From Bryobacterales bacterium (GTDB lineage Bacteria > Acidobacteriota > Terriglobia > Bryobacterales > UBA6623): a stretch of 64,000 nt of DNA. Made by a program: the position numbers and the translations under genes. The notes under the pieces were generated by a model. That model worked only from the letters and a program-made list of their open reading frames with translations, ran no database searches and was not told the origin of the DNA. The stretch spans positions 1,299,573 through 1,363,572 of the forward strand of contig CBDFIU010000003.1 of the NCBI GenBank assembly GCA_965248235.1, given 5' to 3'. Below are positions 7,464 to 16,075 of the stretch, piece after piece; the first letter of the stretch is position 1, and the number at the start of each line of letters is the position of its first letter.

Positions 7464-7570
7464 CTGTCTCTACCCGCAACTCTTAGTTGGGTGATCGCCG
7501 GCTCTGGGAAGTGGCAGATCAGTTGACGACCTTGTTGGAGTCAAAGGCACCGCATACACTGGTGGTAGCC

Positions 7571-10500
7571 ATGTCAACGGGAGTGATCGGTTTCCACAGG
7601 AAGATTCGCGGCGGCGAGCAAGCGCTTCTGCTGGTCGCGGCCCTGTCTTGTGCGGGCGCCCTGCCGCCGGCGACCGCTCAGCAGCGCGACTCGCTCAGCC
7701 CGGAAGAATCTCGGGAACACGCGCGCCGTATGGCGCGAGGCATCGAGTTGTTCAAGCAAGAGGTTCGGCCGCTCCTCGTTGAGCGCTGCCTTCCCTGCCA
7801 CGGGGGCGGGCAAACCATGGGCGGATTCGATCTTGCCGACCGCGATTCCCTCGTCAACAGCGGCAAGATCAGCGAGACCCCTGCTGAGAGCCGTCTGCTC
7901 GAGCTTATCCGGCATCAGCAAGAACCGCACATGCCGTTTCAGCAGGCGAAACTTCCCGGCGAAGCGATCGCCTCGATCGCCCGCTGGCTTGAGCTGGGTG
8001 CCCCGTACGACGATCCGCTCGTCGACAGGCCCCCGGAAGGGCCGCTGCAAGTCAGCGACGAACACCGCCGGTTCTGGTCGTTTCGCCCCCTGGCCCCAGA
8101 CGCGACCTCCCGCCAAACGCCGACCGAGAATGGAGATTGGGCCGGCTCACCGATTGATCGCTTCATCTTGGAGAAACTCCGGGAGAAGGGGCTTACACCG
8201 AATCCGGCCGCCGACCGCCGGACCTTGATCCGGCGAGCCTATCTGGATCTGTTGGGCCTGCCGCCGGCGCCGAGCGAGGTCGACGCATTTGTGAACGACA
8301 CGTCCGCCGGCGCCTGGGAAGGCCTCATCGATCGGCTGCTCGAGTCCCCGCACTACGGCGAGCGCTGGGCGCGCCATTGGATGGATATCGTGCGCTTTGC
8401 CGAGAGCTACGGTTTCGAGTCGGACTACGACCGGCCCTACGCCTACCGTTACCGCGACTTTCTTATCCAAGCGCTCAACCAGGATATGCCCTATGACCAG
8501 TTCGTGCGCCGGCAACTTGCCGGCGACGAGCTGGCGCCGGATAGCCCGTTGGCGTTGGCGGCGACCGGCTTCCTCGGCGCGGGCGCGTTCCCTACGCAGA
8601 TCACCGAGGCGGAGTTCGAAACCGCACGCTACGACGAGCTTGACGACATGATCGGCACGATGGGCACCGCCATGCTCGGTCTGACGGTAGGCTGCGCCCG
8701 CTGCCACGACCACAAGTACGACCCCATCCCGACGCGCGACTATTACCGCCTGGCCTCGGTTTTCGGCCGCACGATTCGCAGCGAGATCGACTACTTCCCC
8801 GATCAAGACGAGTACCGGCAAGCCAAGGCCGAATGGGAAGCTGAGCATTCGGCGCTCCAAGAGGAGCGCGCCGAATACGAGCGCCGGCACCTTGCGGGCC
8901 GTTTCGAGAGTTGGCTCGGCGACATCGCGCAAAACGGGCCCCCGTCGCTCCCCAGCGGCAAGAGTTGGCAAATCCTCGACCTCACCCAATTCCGGTCGAG
9001 CGGGGGAGCCGAGCTCGAAGAGGTCGAAGACGGCTCGATCCTAGCCATGGGCCCTAACCCTGAGTTCGACACGTACACGTTCATCGCCGAAACCGCCGCC
9101 CGGGGGATCACCTCGATTCGCGTCGAGGCGCTGGCCGATCCCTCGTTGCCGCATCATGGGCCCGGCCGCTCGCGCTCGGGGCGATTTCATCTCGGGATCA
9201 TCCTCGTCAAGGTGCAGCCGCTCGCCGACGAGCAGGTCGAACCTGTGGAGGCCGAGCTGGTCCGCGGGCGGGCCACGGCCGAACTCGACGACGACGCCGG
9301 TTCGGCGCAGAGCGCCCTGCGGGGCACCAACGTCACGATCGGTTGGACGCTGAGGCCATCGGGGGTCGGGGCGGACCAAGCCGGCGTGTTCGACTTCGCC
9401 GAGCCCGTCGGCTTCGAAGGAGGAACGCGCCTGATCGTCCAGCTGCGTTTCCACTACAACACGCAATATGCGATGGGTCGCACGCGTCTGTCGGTCTCGA
9501 CGGCGGACCGGCCCGAAGCTAAGCCGGGAGGCGGCGTCCCTCAGCGAGTCGTCGAGGGCCTGGAAGCTCTGAAGAGTCGACGGCCGGGAGCCTTGAGCGC
9601 CGGCCAGCGCAGGGCGTTGTTCCGATGGTTCGCACGTTCCGACGAAGGCCGGCGCAAGCGCGACGCCGCGCTTGACGCGCACCGCTCAAAAAAGCCCCTC
9701 TCGCCGAAAACCAAGATCCAAGTCACCGGCGACGGCTTTCCGCTCCCGCGCCATGATGCTCGAGACCGAGGCTACCCGCATTTCTACAAGGAAACGCACT
9801 TCCTCGGCCGGGGCAATGCAAGCAACAAAAGCGGCGTCGCCCCGCCGGGGTTCCTTCAAGTATTCATGCCGAGCGGCCGCGACGAGACCCACTGGCGTGT
9901 CTCGGCGCCGCCGCTTTGGCAACGCGGCGGTTTCCGCCGTGCATCCCTAGCCCGCTGGATCACAGACGTCGAGGGCGCCGGAGCGCTGTTGGCGCGGGTC
10001 ATCGTGAACCGCCTTTGGCATCACCACTTCGGCCGGGGGATCGTCGCCACCCCTAGCGATTTTGGAATGCAAGGCGCCCGCCCGACTCATCCTGAGCTGC
10101 TCGATTGGCTCGCGCGAGATCTTGTCGATCACGGCTGGCGGCTTAAGCGCCTCCACAAAATGATCATGCTGAGCTCGACCTACCAGCAGAGCGCGCATCG
10201 TGACCCCGAGAAGGCCGACTCGGACATCGACAACCTTTACCGCTGGCGCTGGACTCCACGCCGGCTCGAGGCCGAAGCCGTGCGCGACTCGCTGCTTAAG
10301 GTGGCCGGCCTGCTCGATGAACGGATGTTCGGGCCGGGCTCGCTCGACGAGAAGATGCGCCGCCGCAGCATTTATTTCTTCATCAAACGCACCGAACTCA
10401 TCCCTTCGATGATGCTGTTTGACTGGCCCGAGCACTTAGTCGGCATCGGGCGCCGCCCCTCCACGACGGTGGCGCCGCAAGCCTTGATGTTCCTCAACAG

Positions 10501-10756
10501 CCCCGAAGCCCGCCGCTACGCCGAGGGCCTCTCACGTCGGCTGGATGGACTGCGGGGGCCACGGATGATCCACGAAGCCCACCGTATCGCCTACGGCAGG
10601 CCAGCCGGCGACGCCGAGGTCGCAGCCGGCGAGAAGTTCATCGAAAGGCAGCGGCGGTCCTACGAAAGCGAGGGCGAGACCGATGCCGCATGGACGGCCC
10701 GAACCGACTACTGCCAGACGCTGCTGGGCCTCAACGAATTCCTCTATATCCGATGA
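7571..10756 (+). CDS. planctomycete cytochrome c / DUF1549 / DUF1553 (PSD1) domain protein
   Basis: Heme motifs CLPCH and CARCHDHKYDP, SPHYGERWARHWMD, RVIVNRLWHHHFGRGIV and PTHPELLDWLA. Start uncertain (7487 or 7571). Confidence 0.92.
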   Translation: MSTGVIGFHRKIRGGEQALLLVAALSCAGALPPATAQQRDSLSPEESREHARRMARGIELFKQEVRPLLVERCLPCHGGGQTMGGFDLADRDSLVNSGKISETPAESRLLELIRHQQEPHMPFQQAKLPGEAIASIARWLELGAPYDDPLVDRPPEGPLQVSDEHRRFWSFRPLAPDATSRQTPTENGDWAGSPIDRFILEKLREKGLTPNPAADRRTLIRRAYLDLLGLPPAPSEVDAFVNDTSAGAWEGLIDRLLESPHYGERWARHWMDIVRFAESYGFESDYDRPYAYRYRDFLIQALNQDMPYDQFVRRQLAGDELAPDSPLALAATGFLGAGAFPTQITEAEFETARYDELDDMIGTMGTAMLGLTVGCARCHDHKYDPIPTRDYYRLASVFGRTIRSEIDYFPDQDEYRQAKAEWEAEHSALQEERAEYERRHLAGRFESWLGDIAQNGPPSLPSGKSWQILDLTQFRSSGGAELEEVEDGSILAMGPNPEFDTYTFIAETAARGITSIRVEALADPSLPHHGPGRSRSGRFHLGIILVKVQPLADEQVEPVEAELVRGRATAELDDDAGSAQSALRGTNVTIGWTLRPSGVGADQAGVFDFAEPVGFEGGTRLIVQLRFHYNTQYAMGRTRLSVSTADRPEAKPGGGVPQRVVEGLEALKSRRPGALSAGQRRALFRWFARSDEGRRKRDAALDAHRSKKPLSPKTKIQVTGDGFPLPRHDARDRGYPHFYKETHFLGRGNASNKSGVAPPGFLQVFMPSGRDETHWRVSAPPLWQRGGFRRASLARWITDVEGAGALLARVIVNRLWHHHFGRGIVATPSDFGMQGARPTHPELLDWLARDLVDHGWRLKRLHKMIMLSSTYQQSAHRDPEKADSDIDNLYRWRWTPRRLEAEAVRDSLLKVAGLLDERMFGPGSLDEKMRRRSIYFFIKRTELIPSMMLFDWPEHLVGIGRRPSTTVAPQALMFLNSPEARRYAEGLSRRLDGLRGPRMIHEAHRIAYGRPAGDAEVAAGEKFIERQRRSYESEGETDAAWTARTDYCQTLLGLNEFLYIR

Positions 10757-10777
10757 ACGAGGAGCTCGGGCAGCCCG

Positions 10778-10905
10778 CTACTCGCGGCCCAAGATGTTCG
10801 TATCAAGAACAACCCTCATTCACGCGGTCCGTACCGGACCTCCGCGCAAGCTTCATCGAGGGCGGCTTCGAGCTCTTCCTGTACGGTTTCTCTTTCTGCG
10901 CCGGT
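10778..10905 (-). pseudogene. relic toxin-antitoxin module (antitoxin C-terminus plus PIN toxin N-terminus)
   Basis: ...ETVQEELEAALDEACAEVRYGPRE* (stop at 10816) overlaps by ATGA with MRVVLDTNILGRE* (10819-10778). MRVVLDTNIL is a typical PIN start. Confidence 0.6.
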
Positions 10906-10972
10906 GCAGCGTAGCCAGGGCGCTGTAACCGGGGCTCGCCATCCAACTCGGCTGTGCAACAATGATGTCACG

Positions 10973-12409
10973 ATGATTCCCCACAGCCTCTGCCGCCGCT
11001 CCCTGCTCGAGCGCTGCGGCATGGGACTGGGCATGCTCGGACTCGCAGGCGTCCTCCACGACGAAGGCCGCTTGTTCGCGTCGCCCTCGCTCGATCCGAT
11101 GGCGCCTCGCGAGCCCCACTTCTCGCCCAAGGCCAAGCGCGTGATTTGGCTGTTCCTCAACGGCGGCCCCAGCCACATCGACACCTGGGACTACAAGCCC
11201 GAACTGACCAAGCGCCACGGGCAAGAGCTCGAGGGATTCGACCGCTTCACCGGCTTCTTCTCGAAGGAGGTCGGTGCGTTGATGAAGTCGCCGTTCGAGT
11301 TTTTGCCGCGCGGCGAGAGCGGCAAGATGGTGTCGGAGATCTTTCCCCATCTCGGCGAGCACGTCGACAAGATGGCTTTCATCCACTCCGGATATACCGA
11401 GACCAACAATCACTCCCCGGCGCTGTTCATGATGAACAGCGGGCAGGCGCGCATGGGTTTCCCGTGCCTTGGCTCGTGGCTGACCTACGGGCTCGGCAGC
11501 GAAAGCCGCGATCTGCCCGGGTTCGTCGTCATGTCCGATCCCAAAGGCCGCGGTCTTCCCAAGGGCGCCGCGGCGAATTGGAGCGCCGGCTTCCTCCCCG
11601 GCGTCTATCAAGGAACGTGGCTTCGCCCAACCGGCGACCCGATCAAAAACCTCGAGCGCGTGCCGGGCATGAACGACGCGCGGCAGCGCGCGCAGCTCGA
11701 TTTGATGGCCGAGCTTAACCGCCGGGACCTCGAGAAAAACCCCGGGGAGGCCGAGCTGGCGGCGCGAATCGAGAGTTTTGAATTGGCTTACCGCATGCAA
11801 ATGGCGGCGCCGGAAGCGATGGACGTCGAACGGGAGCCGGCGCATATCCGGCAGCTATACGGTCTACACGAGGAACACTGTGGGCACATGGCTCGGCAAT
11901 GCCTCATGGCACGGCGCCTCGTGGAGCGTGGCGTGCGCTTTGTCCAGATCTATTCCGGAGGCAATGAGAATCAGAGCGCCTGGGATGGCCACATCGACAT
12001 CCACGGCAACCACTCGCGTTTCGCCGGCGAGACCGATCAGCCGATGGCGGCGCTGTTGACCGATCTGGAGCAGCGTGGTTTGCTCGAGGACACGCTCGTG
12101 ATTTGGGGCGGTGAGTTCGGCCGGCTGCCGCTCGCTCAGATCGGGACCGCGAAACCCGGCCGCGATCACAATCCGCACTGCTTCACCGCCTGGATGGCCG
12201 GCGGCGGCGTCAAGGGGGGCGTCTCCTACGGTGAGTCGGACGAGTTGGGCTTCAAGGCCGCGGTGAATCGAGTCTCGGTCAACGATTTTCACGCAACCAT
12301 CCTTCACCTTTTGGGGCTCGAGCACGAGCGCCTAACGTACAAGTACAACGGTCGCCAGTTCCGCCTGACCGACGTTGCGGGCGAAGTGCTCGACGAGATC
12401 ATCGCTTAA
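10973..12409 (+). CDS. DUF1501 domain protein with Tat-like signal
   Basis: RRSLLERCGMGLGMLG, LFLNGGPSHIDTWDYKP, GEFGRLP and GRDHNP. Usual partner of DUF1553 proteins. Confidence 0.92.
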   Translation: MIPHSLCRRSLLERCGMGLGMLGLAGVLHDEGRLFASPSLDPMAPREPHFSPKAKRVIWLFLNGGPSHIDTWDYKPELTKRHGQELEGFDRFTGFFSKEVGALMKSPFEFLPRGESGKMVSEIFPHLGEHVDKMAFIHSGYTETNNHSPALFMMNSGQARMGFPCLGSWLTYGLGSESRDLPGFVVMSDPKGRGLPKGAAANWSAGFLPGVYQGTWLRPTGDPIKNLERVPGMNDARQRAQLDLMAELNRRDLEKNPGEAELAARIESFELAYRMQMAAPEAMDVEREPAHIRQLYGLHEEHCGHMARQCLMARRLVERGVRFVQIYSGGNENQSAWDGHIDIHGNHSRFAGETDQPMAALLTDLEQRGLLEDTLVIWGGEFGRLPLAQIGTAKPGRDHNPHCFTAWMAGGGVKGGVSYGESDELGFKAAVNRVSVNDFHATILHLLGLEHERLTYKYNGRQFRLTDVAGEVLDEIIA

Positions 12410-12459
12410 CGACGGGCTGCTGCCAGCTCTTGCCAGGGGGAGGCCCCTGGACCCCTTGA

Positions 12460-13236
12460 AGGGTAGCGCCGAGAATCGTGCGAATTTATACGCTAAGAGG
12501 TTTCGAGTCGGTGCTTGCTGGATCGGTGCAGGTATCGACCGGTACGAAGACGAGCTTGAGTTTCCAAGATGGACCAGTATTCACGCGAGTTCATCGCCGA
12601 GAAGGCCCGGCTGCGCCCCGAGGATCTCGGGCTCGTACGCACGGCACGACGATCTCACAACCAACTTGGCCTGGCGTACCAGATCGCCTTCATCCGGCTC
12701 ACGGGGCGGGCGCCGGGCCAGCAACCTTTCGAGATCCTCGAGGACCTCGTGGGTTATGTGGCAACGGAGCTGAATGCGAATCCCCGAGATCTAGATCTCT
12801 ATGCGCGGCGCCAGCCAACGCTCTCGGCCCATCTGGAGAGGGTCCGCGAGCACCTTGGCCTCACAGCCTTCAGCCAGCCGGCGCTTCGCACGCGGATCCG
12901 ACGCGGGCTCCTCTCAAGGGAGAACAGCTACACGCCCTCGCCCGGTGCGTCCACTGGGCCGACTGGATCAGCGCGACTTCGAACGCCAAATCGGCGCGGC
13001 GAGCTGCCTGCTTCTCATCCTCGCAGCTATCATCTATTGGCAGATTCGGGAGATCGATCGTGTTTTGAGCGAGGCGGGCTCGGATGGCCGGACGATCTCA
13101 ACTTCGAGTTACTGTCCCATATCAGCCCGATCGGGTGGGACAACGTCCTCCTCTACGGCGAGTACCAGCTCAACCGCAGTCTCGTGCGAAGCGAAAGGCT
13201 TAGCGTATAAATTCGCACGATTCTGGGCGCTACCCT
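12460..13236 (+). mobile_element. internally deleted, non-autonomous Tn3-family element (777 bp)
   Basis: 38-bp IRs AGGGTAGCGCCGAGAATCGTGCGAATTTATACGCTAAG (12460-12497) and its complement (13199-13236), 1 mismatch, enclosing a tnpA relic. Confidence 0.88.
12569..13210 (+). pseudogene. tnpA: Tn3 transposase, N-terminus fused to C-terminus, frameshifted
   Basis: N-terminal (DUF4158-like) QLGLAYQIAFIRLTGR...AHLERVREHLG joined to C-terminal KGEQLHALAR, ASCLLLILAAIIYWQ and LLSHISPIGWDNVLLYGEY. The stop is inside the right IR. Confidence 0.85.
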
Positions 13237-13311
13237 TCACAGTCTTGCGTGTCGGGAACCAACCTTTCCGGGGCAGACGGAATGCGAGCGCCCGCCGAAA
13301 CAGGCGGTGGG

Positions 13312-14895
13312 TCAGCGATTCGACGGTACCTTGACCACCCTGAACGCCGGCTTCTGCTCCAATTCGAGTTCCTTCTGCATCGCCTCGCCGACTTCATTCA
13401 TCAGCCCGGCGCCCTCTTCACGCCGGCCCTGATCTAAATAGAGCTGCCCAAGTTGATACTTCGCGGCGACCGAGTCCGGATTCAATCGGACAGCCGCTTC
13501 GAGGTTGCGAATCGCGCCTTCCGGATCGCTCTCGATCAGAAGCTTTCCAAGGCGATAGTAGGCCGAAGAAAAATCAGCGTTCAACCGGATCGCCGTCTTG
13601 AGGTGGCTCACGGCAATTTGCGCCGCGTCTGTTTCCGCGTCTTCTTCAGCACGAGACCGATCGAGAGCAAAACCGTAAAGGTAGTGAATATAGAAATCCT
13701 CAGGGAAGCGGTCCAACCCGCCCCGTAAAGTGGCCAGCGCTTCCGGCATTTCCCCGGAAAGAAGTTGGCTGACGGCCAGCGCCGCCAACGCCACCGAATG
13801 ATCGTCTCCCAGTGCGATGGCTCGCGAAAAGATTTTCTTCGCCTTATCGTGATTCTGCGAATGCTCCAACGTGATGCCCTTCTGAACCAATAGGCGGTAT
13901 GAACCGGGCAATTGCTGCAGTCCGAGGTCGAGGATTTCGAGGGCAAGAGCACTATTTCTGTACTTTGTGCAGAGGGCGCTCAGCTCGATGTAGTGGTCTT
14001 CGGACTTCGGCTCAAGCTGGATAGCCTTTCTCAGTGCTTCGATGGCCGTATCCAGCTTGCCCGACGCCTCGGCGATCTGTGCGAGGAGCGTGAGCAGGCT
14101 GCCATCGGGCGATCTGTTCGACAGGTCTTCAGCCAATGCCAGCGCCTCGTCGCTCCGACCGGCTTTCGCCAGCAGATCCACGCGGTAGTATCCAACCCCC
14201 GGCAGCCGGGGGTCCAATTGCTCGGCCCGGGCGAGGTCGGCCAAGGCCTCCTTGTGGCGTCCCCGGGCCGATAGCAGTGCCGCGATGTCGGCATAATCGG
14301 CGGCCGTGAGGTCGCTCCGGCTGCGGAGCATCCCAAGCAGATCATCAGCCCGTACCGCATCCCCCTCATGCCCCAAAGACCGCGCGAAGCCGATAAGAGA
14401 TTGCGGTTGGCTGTTGATCAGATCACCGGCCTGCTCGAAATGCCGCACGGCGTTCTTGTGTTGGCGTTGTTCCGAGGCGATCATCCCCAAGAACAGGCTT
14501 GCCTGGGCGTGTAGCGCGGGGGTCTCGATCAGGCTGAGCCAATGAGATTTTGCTTCGCCGTAACGGCCGAGATTGAATTCGGCGAGGGCAAGATTTTTCC
14601 GCGCCGGATTGAAGCTTTGATCGATTTTGAGAGCCTTTTCAAAATACGGAATCGAATCTTCGGTTCGGTTCCTCAGGCACAGGGTCGCCCCGATCATATT
14701 CAGCACGACGACATTATCGGGGTTGTGTTTTCCGGCCTCTTCGAAGAAAGCCAGAGCCTGATCGGTCCGGCCCGAGCGAAGGTGCTCCATGCCCGGCGAA
14801 AGATCGGCAGCACGGGCGCTGAGCGTCGTCAGACCCAGTAACGCAACGAGAGAAACCGGCGCTATGGCTCGAAATGGACCCCGAGATTCAGGCAT
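13312..14895 (-). CDS. secreted tetratricopeptide-repeat protein
   Basis: Signal peptide and many TPR-like helices (ALKIDQSFNPARKNLALA, AIRLNADFSSAYYRLGKL). Confidence 0.85.
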   Translation of the reverse strand: MPESRGPFRAIAPVSLVALLGLTTLSARAADLSPGMEHLRSGRTDQALAFFEEAGKHNPDNVVVLNMIGATLCLRNRTEDSIPYFEKALKIDQSFNPARKNLALAEFNLGRYGEAKSHWLSLIETPALHAQASLFLGMIASEQRQHKNAVRHFEQAGDLINSQPQSLIGFARSLGHEGDAVRADDLLGMLRSRSDLTAADYADIAALLSARGRHKEALADLARAEQLDPRLPGVGYYRVDLLAKAGRSDEALALAEDLSNRSPDGSLLTLLAQIAEASGKLDTAIEALRKAIQLEPKSEDHYIELSALCTKYRNSALALEILDLGLQQLPGSYRLLVQKGITLEHSQNHDKAKKIFSRAIALGDDHSVALAALAVSQLLSGEMPEALATLRGGLDRFPEDFYIHYLYGFALDRSRAEEDAETDAAQIAVSHLKTAIRLNADFSSAYYRLGKLLIESDPEGAIRNLEAAVRLNPDSVAAKYQLGQLYLDQGRREEGAGLMNEVGEAMQKELELEQKPAFRVVKVPSNR

Positions 14896-15039
14896 GTGGG
14901 CTAAGATCGCGCGAGGGTCGTGACCGCGTCGGCGCTTTGCGAGGCGGTTTGTTCTTTGGCCGCCGAAGACGGTGCACCCTATACCTTATACAATCTTAAC
15001 GCGGGCTACGCCGAATCGCGAGGCTCGATAATCGTGAGG

Positions 15040-16075
15040 GATGGGTATTTACTTGACTCAGGTATTGGGAAATAGCCCCTACATGTTGTGGTCGTCCGTA
15101 GCGCGTGTCGCGGTGCCTCCGACCAGCGATTTGTAGGGTGCCGGTGGCACGGCGACGGCCTGTTGAACCAGGCGGTAAAAGAGCTTGCCTCGACTTCTGG
15201 ACTTGCGGCGGTTGAAGCGGAAGGCGAATTCGTCGAGGTAGGAGTCGAGATGCTCGTGACTGACCGCTCCTTGATGCGTGCCCAGTATCCAGCGCTTCAC
15301 TAACGACACCACGCGGTGCACCCGGGGGAGCAGTTTCGAGGCGCGCGCCGGTTGCCCCTCCAGGTAGCTCACCTCGTGGCGATAGCCGTCGCCTTCGAGC
15401 GGTTCGTATCCCAGCCAACCGTCGGTATGGACCACGCTGCCGGGTTCGATCGACTCGCCGACGAAGGCCATCAAGCTGTCCCCGGAGGCGTTGGGAATGG
15501 TGCGTATCCGAACCCGCCCGATGCCGGCACCATCTTCCTCGGCCGCTACTACAATCAGCGCCTCAGCGTCGGTTTGGCGACCGCGCACGCCCTCCTCCAA
15601 GCCTCCTAAGTAAGTCTCGTCAACCTCCACGCGCCCGCTGAGCCGATCGCGTCCGGGCCGCACCATGGCGCGCCGGAGCTTATGCAACCAAGTCCAGGCC
15701 GTTTTGTAGCTGCCCAGGCCCAACACCCGCTGCAAGCCCAGCGCGCTCGCCCCGTTCTTCTGGCTCGTGAGCCACCACATCGCTCGAAACCAACTCTGGA
15801 GGGGTTGGCGGGTGTCTTGAAATATTGTGCCCGCCGTTGGAGAAGCTTGATGCCCGCAGCCGGCGCACTCCAGCAGCGCTGTCCGCACCGCCCACGCTTT
15901 GTCGTGCCCGCATCGCGGACAACGAAAACCCTCCGGCCAGCGGAGTTGACACAGATACTCTCGACAGGCCTGCTCGGTGGCGAAACGCGCCTCGAACTCG
16001 GCCAGATTCCGAGGATAATCTTCCATTTCCCCGATCCTACATCTTGTGGTCACCTGAGTCAAGTAAATACCCATC
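15040..16075 (-). mobile_element. IS1595-family element, copy 1 (1036 bp)
   Basis: Terminal IR GATGGGTATTTACTTGACTCAGGT. 8-bp TSD TCGTGAGG at 15032-15039 and 16076-16083. Confidence 0.93.
15079..16026 (-). CDS. IS1595-family transposase
   Basis: Zn ribbon CPRCG...CAGC, VEVDETYLGG, VHTDGWLGY and YLDEFAFRFNRR. Confidence 0.93.
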   Translation of the reverse strand: MEDYPRNLAEFEARFATEQACREYLCQLRWPEGFRCPRCGHDKAWAVRTALLECAGCGHQASPTAGTIFQDTRQPLQSWFRAMWWLTSQKNGASALGLQRVLGLGSYKTAWTWLHKLRRAMVRPGRDRLSGRVEVDETYLGGLEEGVRGRQTDAEALIVVAAEEDGAGIGRVRIRTIPNASGDSLMAFVGESIEPGSVVHTDGWLGYEPLEGDGYRHEVSYLEGQPARASKLLPRVHRVVSLVKRWILGTHQGAVSHEHLDSYLDEFAFRFNRRKSRSRGKLFYRLVQQAVAVPPAPYKSLVGGTATRATDDHNM

